DNA of 64,000 nucleotides from Macrostomum lignano (Eukaryota), in NCBI GenBank assembly GCA_002269645.1, contig NIVC01002154.1, forward strand, positions 62,001 through 126,000, read 5' to 3'. Both the position numbers and the translations under genes were made by a program. Position 1 is the stretch's first letter. Each line of letters starts with the position of its first letter. Positions 26,301-40,493 of this stretch are shown here, piece by piece. The notes below the pieces were generated by a model. The model ran no database searches. It saw only the letters and a program-made list of their open reading frames with translations, and was not told the origin of the DNA.

Positions 26301-29300
26301 CCGTCCTACTCAGGGCCGGCCTTGTCAGATATCTTTCTAAGAAACAGTTTACCGTCCTACTCAGGGCCGGCCTTGTCAGATATCTTTCTAAGAAACAGTT
26401 TACCGTCCTACTCAGGGCCGGCCTTGTCAGATATCTTTCTAAGAAACAGTTTACCGTCCTACTCAGGGCCGGCCTTGTCAGATATCTTTCTAAGAAACAG
26501 TTTACCGTCCTACTCAGGGCCGGCCTTGTCAGATATCTTTCTAAGAAACAGTTTACCGTCCTACTCAGGGCCGGCCTTGTCAGATATCTTTCTAAGAAAC
26601 AGTTTACCGTCCTACTCAGGGCCGGCCTTGTCAGATATCTTTCTAAGAAACAGTTTACCGTCCTACTCAGGGCCGGCCTTGTCAGATATCTTTCTAAGAA
26701 ACAGTTTACCGTCCTACTCAGGGCCGGCCTTGTCAGATATCTTTCTAAGAAACAGTTTACCGTCCTACTCAGGGCCGGCCTTGTCAGATATCTTTCTAAG
26801 AAACAGTTTACCGTCCTACTCAGGGCCGGCCTTGTCAGATATCTTTCTAAGAAACAGTTTACCGTCCTACTCAGGGCCGGCCTTGTCAGATATCTTTCTA
26901 AGAAACAGTTTACCGTCCTACTCAGGGCCGGCCTTGTCAGATATCTTTCTAAGAAACAGTTTACCGTCCTACTCAGGGCCGGCCTTGTCAGATATCTTTC
27001 TAAGAAACAGTTTACCGTCCTACTCAGGGCCGGCCTTGTCAGATATCTTTCTAAGAAACAGTTTACCGTCCTACTCAGGGCCGGCCTTGTCAGATATCTT
27101 TCTAAGAAACAGTTTACCGTCCTACTCAGGGCCGGCCTTGTCAGATATCTTTCTAAGAAACAGTTTACCGTCCTACTCAGGGCCGGCCTTGTCAGATATC
27201 TTTCTAAGAAACAGTTTACCGTCCTACTCAGGGCCGGCCTTGTCAGATATCTTTCTAAGAAACAGTTTACCGTCCTACTCAGGGCCGGCCTTGTCAGATA
27301 TCTTTCTAAGAAACAGTTTACCGTCCTACTCAGGCCGGCCTTGTCAGATATCTTTCTAAGAAACAGTTTACCGTCCTACTCAGGGCCGGCCTTGTCAGAT
27401 ATCTTTCTAAGAAACAGTTTACCGTCCTACTCAGGGCCGGCCTTGTCAGATATCTTTCTAAGAAACAGTTTACCGTCCTACTCAGGGCCGGCCTTGTCAG
27501 ATATCTTTCTAAGAAACAGTTTACCGTCCTACTCAGGGCCGGCCTTGTCAGATATCTTTCTAAGAAACAGTTTACCGTCCTACTCAGGGCCGGCCTTGTC
27601 AGATATCTTTCTAAGAAACAGTTTACCGTCCTACTCAGGGCCGGCCTTGTCAGATATCTTTCTAAGAAACAGTTTACCGTCCTACTCAGGGCCGGCCTTG
27701 TCAGATATCTTTCTAAGAAACAGTTTACCGTCCTACTCAGGGCCGGCCTTGTCAGATATCTTTCTAAGAAACAGTTTACCGTCCTACTCAGGGCCGGCCT
27801 TGTCAGATATCTTTCTAAGAAACAGTTTACCGTCCTACTCAGGGCCGGCCTTGTCAGATATCTTTCTAAGAAACAGTTTACCGTCCTACTCAGGGCCGGC
27901 CTTGTCAGATATCTTTCTAAGAAACAGTTTACCGTCCTACTCAGGCCGGCCTTGTCAGATATCTTTCTAAGAAACAGTTTACCGTCCTACTCAGGGCCGG
28001 CCTTGTCAGATATCTTTCTAAGAAACAGTTTACCGTCCTACTCAGGCCGGCCTTGTCAGATATCTTTCTAAGAAACAGTTTACCGTCCTACTCAGGGCCG
28101 GCCTTGTCAGATATCTTTCTAAGAAACAGTTTACCGTCCTACTCAGGGCCGGCCTTGTCAGATATCTTTCTAAGAAACAGTTTACCGTCCTACTCAGGGC
28201 CGGCCTTGTCAGATATCTTTCTAAGAAACAGTTTACCGTCCTACTCAGGGCCGGCCTTGTCAGATATCTTTCTAAGAAACAGTTTACCGTCCTACTCAGG
28301 TCGGCCTTGTCAGATATCTTTCTAAGAAACAGTTTACCGTCCTACTCAGGGGCCTTGTCAGATATCTTTCTAAGAAACAGTTTACCGTCCTACTCAGGGC
28401 CGGCCTTGTCAGATATCTTTCTAAGAAACAGTTTACCGTCCTACTCAGGGCCGGCCTTGTCAGATATCTTTCTAAGAAACAGTTTACCGTCCTACTCAGG
28501 GCCGGCCTTGTCAGATATCTTTCTAAGAAACAGTTTACCGTCCTACTCAGGCCGGCCTTGTCAGATATCTTTCTAAGAAACAGTTTACCGTCCTACTCAG
28601 GGCCGGCCTTGTCAGATATCTTTCTAAGAAACAGTTTACCGTCCTACTCAGGGCCGGCCTTGTCAGATATCTTTCTAAGAAACAGTTTACCGTCCTACTC
28701 AGGGCCGGCCTTGTCAGATATCTTTCTAAGAAACAGTTTACCGTCCTACTCAGGCCGGCCTTGTCAGATATCTTTCTAAGAAACAGTTTACCGTCCTACT
28801 CAGGGCCGGCCTTGTCAGATATCTTTCTAAGAAACAGTTTACCGTCCTACTCAGGGCCGGCCTTGTCAGATATCTTTCTAAGAAACAGTTTACCGTCCTA
28901 CTCAGGCCGGCCTTGTCAGATATCTTTCTAAGAAACAGTTTACCGTCCTACTCAGGGCCGGCCTTGTCAGATATCTTTCTAAGAAACAGTTTACCGTCCT
29001 ACTCAGGGCCGGCCTTGTCAGATATCTTTCTAAGAAACAGTTTACCGTCCTACTCAGGGCCGGCCTTGTCAGATATCTTTCTAAGAAACAGTTTACCGTC
29101 CTACTCAGGGCCGGCCTTGTCAGATATCTTTCTAAGAAACAGTTTACCGTCCTACTCAGGGCCGGCCTTGTCAGATATCTTTCTAAGAAACAGTTTACCG
29201 TCCTACTCAGGCCGGCCTTGTCAGATATCTTTCTAAGAAACAGTTTACCGTCCTACTCAGGGCCGGCCTTGTCAGATATCTTTCTAAGAAACAGTTTACC

Positions 29301-30590
29301 GTCCTACTCAGGGCCGGCCTTGTCAGATATCTTTCTAAGAAACAGTTTACCGTCCTACTCAGGGCCGGCCTTGTCAGATATCTTTCTAAGAAACAGTTTA
29401 CCGTCCTACTCAGGGCCGGCCTTGTCAGATATCTTTCTAAGAAACAGTTTACCGTCCTACTCAGGGCCGGCCTTGTCAGATATCTTTCTAAGAAACAGTT
29501 TACCGTCCTACTCAGGGCCGGCCTTGTCAGATATCTTTCTAAGAAACAGTTTACCGTCCTACTCAGGCCGGCCTTGTCAGATATCTTTCTAAGAAACAGT
29601 TTACCGTCCTACTCAGGCCGGCCTTGTCAGATATCTTTCTAAGAAACAGTTTACCGTCCTACTCAGGCCGGCCTTGTCAGATATCTTTCTAAGAAACAGT
29701 TTACCGTCCTACTCAGGGCCGGCCTTGTCAGATATCTTTCTAAGAAACAGTTTACCGTCCTACTCAGGGCCGGCCTTGTCAGATATCTTTCTAAGAAACA
29801 GTTTACCGTCCTACTCAGGGCCGGCCTTGTCAGATATCTTTCTAAGAAACAGTTTACCGTCCTACTCAGGCCGGCCTTGTCAGATATCTTTCTAAGAAAC
29901 AGTTTACCGTCCTACTCAGGCGGCCTTGTCAGATATCTTTCTAAGAAACAGTTTACCGTCCTACTCAGGCCGGCCTTGTCAGATATCTTTCTAAGAAACA
30001 GTTTACCGTCCTACTCAGGCCGGCCTTGTCAGATATCTTTCTAAGAAACAGTTTACCGTCCTACTCAGGCCGGCCTTGTCAGATATCTTTCTAAGAAACA
30101 GTTTACCGTCCTACTCAGGCCGGCCTTGTCAGATATCTTTCTAAGAAACAGTTTACCGTCCTACTCAGGCCGGCCTTGTCAGATATCTTTCTAAGAAACA
30201 GTTTACCGTCCTCTCAGGCCGGCCTTGTCAGATATCTTTCTAAGAAACAGTTTACCGTCCTACTCAGGCCGGCCTTGTCAGATATCTTTCTAAGAAACAG
30301 TTTACCGTCCTACTCAGGGCCGGCCTTGTCAGATATCTTTCTAAGAAACAGTTTACCGTCCTACTCAGGGGGCCTTGTCAGATATCTCTAAGAAGTTTAC
30401 GTCCTACTCAGGCCGGCTTGTCAGATATCTTTCTAAGAAACAGTTTACCGTCCTACTCAGGCCGGCCTTGTCAGATATCTTTCTAAGAAACAGTTTACCG
30501 TCCTGCTCAGGCCGGCCTTGTCAGATATCTTTCTAAGAAACAGTTTACCGTCCTGCTCAGGCCGGCCTTGTCAGATATCTTTCTAAGAAA
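14376..30590. repeat. 51-bp satellite array, 16.2 kb, about 318 units
   Basis: Unit ACCGTCCTACTCAGGGCCGGCCTTGTCAGATATCTTTCTAAGAAACAGTTT. There is no indel between about 17856 and 27340. A 50-bp variant (GG for GGG) becomes more frequent towards both edges and dominates after about 29870. Confidence 0.99.
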
Positions 30591-30678
30591 AGGCCGCGAA
30601 ACCAGGGCGTTTGATGATGGATCAAATTGCTCATCCCGGTGAGCTTTGGTGTCAGTTGCTTGGTGTGTCAAGACTGTA

Positions 30679-31440
<762 letters not shown>

Positions 31441-32258
31441 TAGCTCAGGTTTACTGCCAGTTTGTAGTTATGGCTCAGGATTCTGTCTTTGACTGTCTTT
31501 TGTAAAGACTGATTCTGTTTACAGACTGTAGCTAAGGCCATGGGATTCTGTTAAAAAACTGTACATCCGCATATTCGTTATTTCGATTGCGAAACTACAC
31601 GGTAAATTGATGTGTTCCTTATTACCAGACTTTCTCTGTAATCAAGAAACAATCACTTCTAGCTCTTAGCTAGGCAACCCAGTTATCAATGAAGGTACTG
31701 CTTATCTTGATTCCGGTGAGATCTCGTCTGTAGTCTCCTGCGTCAGTAGTTCTCTCAGTTGATCTGGTAGATCAGCGCCTTGGTTCTTCAGTTGCTCTGG
31801 TCCTGGTTCTTCTGTACTTCCGATGAAGTTACTTCGGCCGGTATCCGCAGTCAGGACCAATCAGAGGCCTCGTATCAACAATGGGATCCCTGCGCCGAAC
31901 TGCGGTTTCACTTAAGCCTTCTCCTTCTAGCAGTGCCTCCATGCACTCTAGGTATTGCTCCGGTAATCTCTAATAGATCCTCTAAGATTATTAAGGTAGT
32001 CCTTCGGCGACTACAGCCAATGGGTCTCAAATGGACTCAAGAGTCTCAACAGACTCCAACACTAAAAACAATAGTGAGTCGACTCAACAACTGGCGCAAA
32101 TGAGCAAGGCTTACCGCGACAACTCGACCGAGTCTCGATTGACTAGGCGATCAGGAGGTCTCTCTAAGGACTTCCTCTTCGGAGCGCTCCTCTTCCGTGG
32201 GAGTATGACTCCGGTACCGCTAATTGGACGCTTGTATTTATAGACGATTTTGCAGGCC

Positions 32259-32455
32259 AAAAATAGTAACATGACTCATGGGTTGCGCTAAAAATAGTAA
32301 CATGACTCATTGCGGCTATTATTAGTAACATGATTCATTCTGATGCTATAAATAGTAACATGATTCACTTTGCTGCTATAAATAGTAACATGAATCATCC
32401 TGCTGCTATAAATAGTAACATGATTCATCCGCTAAAAATAGTAACATGAATCATC
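32259..32455. repeat. About seven 25-31 bp repeats with core AAATAGTAACATGA(C/T/A)TCA (second copy about 34835-35030)
   Basis: Read directly. The first two units contain TGACTCA (32272, 32303). Confidence 0.9.
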
Positions 32456-33928
32456 TTTAAAGTTGCATGCATGTTCATGCGCATGCATGCACTAGCTTAC
32501 TTATAGCAGAATTCTATGATTAACTATTCTACTTCTTTCTGTGGGAGGTAGAACATTACAAAATGCTGTCCTCGGCCTCCCTGCTCTGTCAGGTCTCAAT
32601 GTTTGCGGAGGCCTGGAAGCTGCACGCGCTCCGTCAAGCCGGCGACAGAAGCAACCCGATTGCCAGGCCGCGCAAGGGCACCTGCGCCGCCGCCGCAACA
32701 TGTTGACTTCGACACCACCGCCCGACGCTGACGACAACCTTGGCTGATGAGGTCGGTGGGAGTTCAGCAGTGCCGTTGATGGCATGAACGGTCTGTCAAG
32801 TCCGGGAGAGCTTCTGATCAGCTCCAGCCCAAGTCTGGGACGGAAAGCTCCGAACTAACCTACACGCTTGCTCACCCGATTGTATCAGAATTGAGTTTTT
32901 CTGCTTTTCCTATTAGCATGTCAATTTTGGCATGTCAGCCTTGAAGCTTCTTTACTTTTAAGCGTTTTTTAATTTAGTGTACATGCAATTATTTCAGGGT
33001 GTTATGAATTCTTTCTTAATTGTTCGCTTCTGTAGCCTATCCGTTAGTTTGGTTCTATTCATATTGTTTACATCGTACATGCGAAAGCGGGTGGGATACT
33101 CATATGATGCAATTAATTCAATGAAATATACGTAGCTGGTTCTAACAATATTCATTGTGAGCACGAGATTCTACCAATAAAGAAATTTACTGAATGCATG
33201 TAAGTACCCTTTGTCCTGCAGATAATTGGCCGCATACATCAGAGTAAAACATTAAATCTTCAAGCAAAATATTTTACTGGCTGTGAAAATGTTGTTCGAT
33301 ACTTTTTGTGCTAAATTTACTATGAAGAATATTATAGAAATTAGATAGAGCTATCGGTTCATGTACATAAATGTACATCGACATGACGAGCGTACATGTA
33401 CATGTACGGAAGTACAATCTATGGGATCCAACCGTGAATCAAGAGCCTGGCTTGTCAATTTGGCAGTGAGTTTAACTGTATAACTACCAGGATTCCGCCT
33501 GAACATTTTTCACTGCGCGGAAAGGAACAGGGCATGAAATCAACAAAACGTTAACTTTTTGTGCGCACTCCTTGCCAGCCCTCTGGACCCCAGGGTAGTC
33601 CGAAGACACAGTGGAGAGGCGAGCGCCACCCATTCCGCTAGCCCTCTAATCCCGTTGAGGTATTAAAAAATTCTGCCAGAAGGTCGGATTTTTCTCATAC
33701 TCGTATACAAGCGCTATATATAGATCATCTACTCAATCCCAAGCAACAGGTACGCGCGTTTTACGCGCATTTTTTGGTAATTCTGTACGCGCGTAAGCGA
33801 ACGCACAAAATACGCGCCTTTTGTAACAGAAAATACGCTGTAATAACGCAATGCTAACTGCAGACTGGTACAGGAACAGGACTAAACCATACATGTACAT
33901 ATATGTAGGTTCGCGGATTCGTTTATTC

Positions 33929-34009
33929 AGGAGCCAGATTTGATTCTGATTGATTTTTGCTAATAAAGTTTCTATTAGCCCAGTCCTGGAACTTTTCTGA
34001 CACACCTCG
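33929..34009 (+). mobile_element. Second copy of the mariner 3' end (about 80 bp including the right TIR), created by the local duplication
   Basis: Identical to 31360-31440 and followed by the same TA and the same flanking sequence. Confidence 0.9.
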
Positions 34010-35172
34010 TAGCTCAGGTTTACTGCCAGTTTGTAGTTATGGCTCCAGGATTCTGTCTTTGGACTGTCTTTTGTAAAGACTGATTCTGTTTACAGACTGT
34101 AGCTAAGGCCATGGGATTCTGTTTAAAAACTGTACATCCGCATATTCGTTATTTCGATTGCGAACTACACGGTAAATTGATGTGTTCCTTATTACCAGAC
34201 TTTCTCTGTAATCAAGAAACAATCACTTCTAGCTCTTAGCTAGGCAACCCAGTTATCAATGAAGGTACTGCTTATCTTGATTCCGGTGAGATCTCGTCTG
34301 TAGTCTCCTGCGTCAGTAGTTCTCTCAGTTGATCTGGTAGATCAGGCGCCTTGGTTCTTCAGTTGCTCTGGTCCTGGTTCTTCTTGTACTTCCGATGAAG
34401 TTACTTCCGGCCGGTATCCGCAGTCAGGACCAATCAGAGGCCTCGTATCAACAATGGGATCCCTGCGCCCAACTGCGGTTTCACTTAAGCCTTCTCCTTC
34501 TAGCAGTGCCTCCATGCACTCTAGGTATTGCTCCGGTAATCTCTAATAGATCCTCTAAGATTTATTAAGGTAGTCCTTCGGGCGACTACAGCCAATGGAG
34601 TCTCAAATGGACTCAAGAGTCTCAACAGACTCCAACACTATAACAATAGTGAGTCGACTCAACAACTGGCGCAAATGAGCAAGGCTTACCGCGACAACTC
34701 GACCGAGTCTCGATTGACTAGGCGATCAGGAGGTCTCTCTAAGGACTTCCTCTTCGGAACGCTCCTCTTCCGTGGGGAGTATGACTCCGGTACCGCTAAT
34801 TGGACCGCTTGTATTTATAGACGATTTTGCAGGCCAAAAATAGTAACATGACTCATGGGTTGCGCTAAAAATAGTAACATGACTCATTGCGGCTATTATT
34901 AGTAACATGATTCATTCTGATGCTATAAATAGTAACATGATTCACTTTGCTGCTATAAATAGTAACATGAATCATCCTGCTGCTATAAATAGTAACATGA
35001 TTCATCCGCTAAAAATAGTAACATGAATCATCTTTAAAGTTTGCATGCATGTTTGCATGCGCATGCATGCACTAGCTTACTTATAGCAGAATTCTATGAT
35101 TAACTATTCTACTTCTTTCTGTGGGAGGTAGAACATTACAAAATGCTGTCCTCGGCCTCCCTGCTCTGTCAG

Positions 35173-35439
35173 GTCTCAATGTTTGCGGAGGCCTGGAAGC
35201 TGCACGCGCTCCGTCAAGCCGGCGACAGAAGCAACCCGATTGCCAGGCCGCGCAAGGGCACCCTGCGCCGGGCGCACATGTTGACTTCGACACCACCGCC
35301 TCCGACGCTGACGACAACCTTGGCTGATGAGGTCGGTGGTGAGTTCAGCAGTGCCGTTGATGGCATGAACGGTCTGTCAAATCCGGGAGAGCTTCTGATC
35401 AGCTCCAGCCCAAGTCTGGGACGGAAAGCTCCGAACTAA
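35173..35439 (+). other. Possible orphan terminal coding exon (a frameshifted copy lies at 32593-32858)
   Basis: Pyrimidine-rich acceptor CTCCCTGCTCTGTCAG, then an open GC-rich frame (VSMFAEAWKLHALRQ...KAPN*), an AT-rich tail and AATAAA at about 35761. No recognisable domain and no upstream exon identified. Confidence 0.25.
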
Positions 35440-38400
35440 CCTACACGCTTGCTCACCCGATTGTATCAGAATTGAGTTTTTCTGCTTTTCCTATTAGCAT
35501 GTCAATTTTGGCATGTCAGCCTTGAAGCTTCTTTTACTTTTTAAGCGTTTTTTAATTTAGTGTACATGCAATTATTTCAGGGTGTTATGAATTCTTTCTT
35601 AATTGTTCGCTTCTGTAGCCTATCCGTTAGTTTGGTTCTATTCATATTGTTTACATGCTCGTACATGCGAAAGCGGGTGGGATACTCATATGATGCAATT
35701 ATTCAATGAAATATACGTAGCTGGTTCTAACAATATTCATTGTGAGCACGAGATTCTACCAATAAAGAAATTTACTGAATGCATGTAAGTACCCTTTGTC
35801 CTGCAGATAATTGGCCGCATACATCAGAGTAAAACATTAAATCTTCAAGCAAAATATTTTACTGGCTGTGAAAGATGTTGTTCGATACTTTTTTGTGCTA
35901 AATTTACTATGAAGAATATTATAGAAATTAGATAGAGCTATCGGTTCATGTACATAAATGTACATCGACATGTACGAGCGTACATGTACATGTACGGAAG
36001 TACAATCTATGGGATCCAACCGTGAATCAAGAGCCTGGCTTGTCAATTTGGCAGTGAGTTTAACTGTATAACTACCAGGATTCCGCCTGAACATTTTTCA
36101 CTGCGCCGGAACGGAACAGGGCATGAAATTCAACAAAACGGGTTAACTTTTTGTTGCGCACTCCTTGCCAGCCCTCTGGACCCCAGGGTAGTCCGAAGAC
36201 GCAGTGGAGAGGCGAGCGCCACCCATTCCGCTAGCCCTCTAATCCCGTTGAGGTATTAAAAAATTCTGCCAGAAGGTCGGATTTTTCTCATACTCGTATA
36301 CAAGCGCTATATATAGATCATCTACTCAATCCCAAGCAACAGGTACGCGCGTTTTACGCGCATTTTTTGGTAATTCTGTACGCGCGTAAGCGAACGCACA
36401 AAATACGCGCCTTTTGTAACAGAAAATACGCTGTAATAACGCAATGCTAACTGCAGACTGGTACAGGAACAGGACTAACCATACATGTACATATATGTAG
36501 GTTCCGCGGATTCGTTTATTCATGCAAGCGTACTTCATTGTCATAAGGCTTTAATTACATCGAATAACCCAGAAGGAACGTTAGCTGAGCCAATCCAAGG
36601 CTGAAGTGGCTTTTAGTAAATAAAGTATAGGCAAAATCAATACAAATATTGGTCAGTTTATGCATCAAAATGCTAGCTCGCAGGAACATTGTCGAAAATG
36701 GAGTTCTGATAAATGAACTGCAATTTTTATTTATAAAAAATAATTTAAGAACAAAGAGATACATAAGAGTGTAATGAAAGAGCAACTTAAATTAACGAGT
36801 GATTAAGCATAAAAGAAAAAGCCGCAAAAGCACACGAAAGTATACCTGTTCACAATTCTGACCGAGTTGAAAAAAGTGAAAAGTAAAAGGATTTGGATTA
36901 CCATTATATTTTCAAACAAAAAGCAACTAAATCTAGTTAAATAAGTGCAGAATATAAATGTAAAACGGAAACAACAATAAAGCAATCCTTTTGTTTTTCA
37001 AAAGCTTTTGAGGCCATTTAAGCTTGAAATATATAAAATCCAAAGTGTATAATATATTTTAAAGTTATGAAAGCAACCAAATTAATGCATGATAAAGTGT
37101 ATCATTAGCTATATCTTAAAATATTTCTATCTAGCTATAATCAACTATCTAAATATAAGTCGTATAAAGCAAAGTAATCCATAAAACAAGTGTTGCATGC
37201 TCCAGATTACATGCAGTTTAATTGGCTTAAGTCTAACTAATGTTGACACGAAACACATGCTGAGTATGCTTTAAAAATAACTATTGAAAAGAATGGTTCT
37301 ACTGTAACGATAGGAAACAGAGAATAAAATAAAATACTAACATATTAACAAAAGCATGCGAACGCCTGTTGCTTGGGTATGGACTGCACTCCAGCTGTTG
37401 TAGTGATTTTTATACTTTCGCTGATCAAGCCTCGAGTTAAGTACCACTAGGAACACTTCCTTATAGTCTAGTAGTACTGTCTAGTCTAGCTGTAGTCCTT
37501 GCCTCTAGTACAGTTGGGCGAAACCTCAACTGATGGAATCCTCAACTACAGCTGTACACTTAGTCTATAGCTCTCATGGTCATCACCTCGAAGCTGCCAA
37601 TTCCTTCTAATATCAGCAAAATTTACGAATAGTGTACTTGCTATAAAATTATAGCAAGTATAAAGCAAAACTATAAAGCGAAAACACGTTTATATCGTTA
37701 TAATGAACTCTCTGAACACTGCTTCATAGTTGCGCGCGATAAATAAATAGAAGCTCGTCAATGTTTTGCAAAATTCTCAAAATTTTAGATCAAATTAAAC
37801 TGAGTAACTTAAGGTATATCACACATGCGCCAAAACGTATAAATTTGCTACAGCTGATAATTAAAAAACTCGTTTTGTTAAAATGAGTTAATGATGCTTC
37901 GTGTCTTGCATTTGAGTTAGGCAAATAACAGTGCCAAAACTCTGGCAGGTTCTATCAATCAATCAACTTTTTGTAGTTCTTTTGAGTCTTTGTTTTCTTC
38001 GTCATTGTGGGTTAGTCGGAGACTTCTCTCTTTCACCAAAAATTTATATTGAGCATCCATGGTAGCATTTTGACTTTCGTGAATATAATGTACTTTATAT
38101 ACTGCTTTAATGTTTCATCCTTCCTTCTAGCCAAAATAGACAACAAGTTGCATAAAATCGTGTTGGAGCAAAGAACTTAAATTTATTTGAATAAAAAATG
38201 AAACATATGAAAGATTAAAAAATTCTATTATTCATTAATTGACTTTTCCATTTTTATAAAAAAACAGCAGACAAAAATTTGTATTGAGTCTAGCTCGCAA
38301 AAATAATGTAATGAAATAGAAAATATGAAAATGAAAAAATATTGAAACATTATATATCAAAAAATATATCCTTCTTGATTTTTTTGATGAATTTCAAATC

Positions 38401-39335
38401 ATACTTAGTTCACAAATATGGTTATATTTTTGGATTGTAAAGGATCTCAAATGCAGAATACCATTTTTATTGATCTTAAGGTTAGTTACTGGTTAGTTTT
38501 TACATTAAATAGAAATTTTTTGTGCTAAATCGTAGGCTACAGGATATGATATTCATATTAATAATTATTACTTATTAATGTCACTCATGTGAATTTTCCA
38601 TCCGAAATAGAGGGAAAAAGGACACTTCTCAAATATTAACAACGTAATAAAATTTTCATACTTTACCAATTCCATTTATTAAAATCTGCAATTGAATATA
38701 AAAATCATTGACGGTGATGATATGTTTTGTCAATTTTTAACTTTGCTAACTTTAGTCATTTAACATTAAGAATCTTATCTTATTAGTGAGAATAAGAAAA
38801 TAGTAAGTATAGTTTAGCTTTTCAAATATAAAAATGAATAGTTCTGTTTTTTATAATCAAAAGACAGAAACTTTAACTAAAGTAAACTAAATTTAATTAA
38901 AAAAACTAAATAAACTAAAACTAGGCAAACAAATAAACAAACACTAAAACTAAATGTTTTTATTTCATTTGAATATCCTTATATTTTTTGTATTTGAGTA
39001 TGGCGCGAATTAAATGGGTGTGATGTCAATGCTTTTGGCACTTTTTAATAATCATAAAAGGCTAGTTAAAAGGCTAGTTAAAAGCATATATGGTGTCCAA
39101 AAGCATAGCTGAGTGTGAGTCCATGTTTCTGCTATTATCTAGGCTTTATCAAGGTTTATGATTTCAAATTTTGATTTTACAAGGGGCTGGTAGTGGAGGA
39201 TGTTGGCTGTTAATTCGATTGAGAAACGAACACTTGTTTAATGTTTATGGCTAAAAATAAGAATGAGAAACCCTGATTCACTATTAAGGCGTTAAATGAT
39301 TAAAGATCGGGAAGATCACAGAGTGGGAGATAACA

Positions 39336-39731
39336 GGGACGGGGAGATCACAGGGACGGGGAGATCACAGGGACGGGGAGATCACAGGGACGGGGAGATC
39401 ACAGGGACGGGGAGATCACAGGGACGGGGAGATCACAGGGACGGGGAGATCACAGGGACGGGGAGATCACAGGGACGGGGAGATCACAGGGACGGGGAGA
39501 TCACAGGGACGGGGAGATCACAGGGACGGGGAGATCACAGGGACGGGGAGATCACAGGGACGGGGAGATCACAGGGACGGGGAGATCACAGGGACGGGGA
39601 GATCACAGGGACGGGGAGATCACAGGGACGGGGAGATCACAGGGACGGGGAGATCACAGGGACGGGGAGATCACAGGGACGGGGAGATCACAGGGACGGG
39701 GAGATCACAGGGACGGGGAGATCACAGGGAC
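39336..39731. repeat. Perfect 17-bp minisatellite (GGGACGGGGAGATCACA), about 23 units
   Basis: Read directly. Confidence 0.97.
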
Positions 39732-40493
39732 GAGGATCTCGAGAAGTTCTCCCGTGATCTCGGGAGATCACGAGAAGTTCGGGGAGCCAGAACAGGGAGA
39801 CCACAGTAAGATCGCAGGATCCAACAATGTTAAAAGCTGCTTATAACTTTTACTTTAACATTGGCCCAGTCTGCACGGCTCCCTGCTCGAAGTCAGCCAG
39901 AGGTGAACAAAGGAGACCAGCTGGGAGAGCTGCAGCCCAGATTCGGGCTGTCGTGCTCAAGCGCATTATGAAGCTGAAGTTTTTCAACTGATTCACCTGA
40001 GCGAATCTAATTGGAACTCAACTTGACAGTGAAGAATGCTCTGGGGTATCCAGAGTTGCAGTTTTTTTCATTCTTCACTTTTTTAAGCGAAGGAAAATCC
40101 GTCCTTGAAATGCATCGCCAACTTTTTCAACGGCCGGGTCTGGCTGTCAAATTCGCCACTTTCGAACCGCTTCTTCATGTCAATCCCGGATCACGCGACA
40201 CGATCGGAGACTCGGTTCCGCCTGGTTCTGGGCTAATTACCCTGTGATGGGCTGGATGCCCTCAGCTTTACCGCCCCATCAGCAGCTCCCCCATTGGCTG
40301 GCGCACCCAGCATCTTCACTAGCTTCATCTGCCGCCGCTACCACCGCATTGGCCTCTACCGTTCGTGCTTCGTTTTTTTCTTTTGCAAGACAGAAGGCGC
40401 TGGGCCGGGTACATAAGGCGGCGGAGGCCCGCACCGGCTCGTCAGACACCTCCAGTCAGGCTGAACTCTGTCTGAATGTTTCACAGATCCGAC

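Noticed and set aside
17856-27359. 3167-aa ORF of LSDIFLRNSLPSYSGPA repeats and its shorter siblings
   Set aside because: A by-product of a 51-bp unit (divisible by 3) lacking a stop in one frame. It has no ATG start, frameshifts occur freely at the array edges, and there is no unique coding flank.
14376-30590. CRISPR array
   Set aside because: The repeats are contiguous with no unique spacers, there are no cas genes and the context is eukaryotic.
14376-30590. Hammerhead ribozyme in the satellite unit (- strand CTGACAA / CTGAGTA)
   Set aside because: Neither matches CUGANGA, and no GAAA follows a stem II.
40244-40486. Additional upstream NFI-like coding exon (MGWMPSALPPHQQ...)
   Set aside because: No convincing phase-2 donor to join the acceptor at 40487. 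It is left out of the model, though not excluded.
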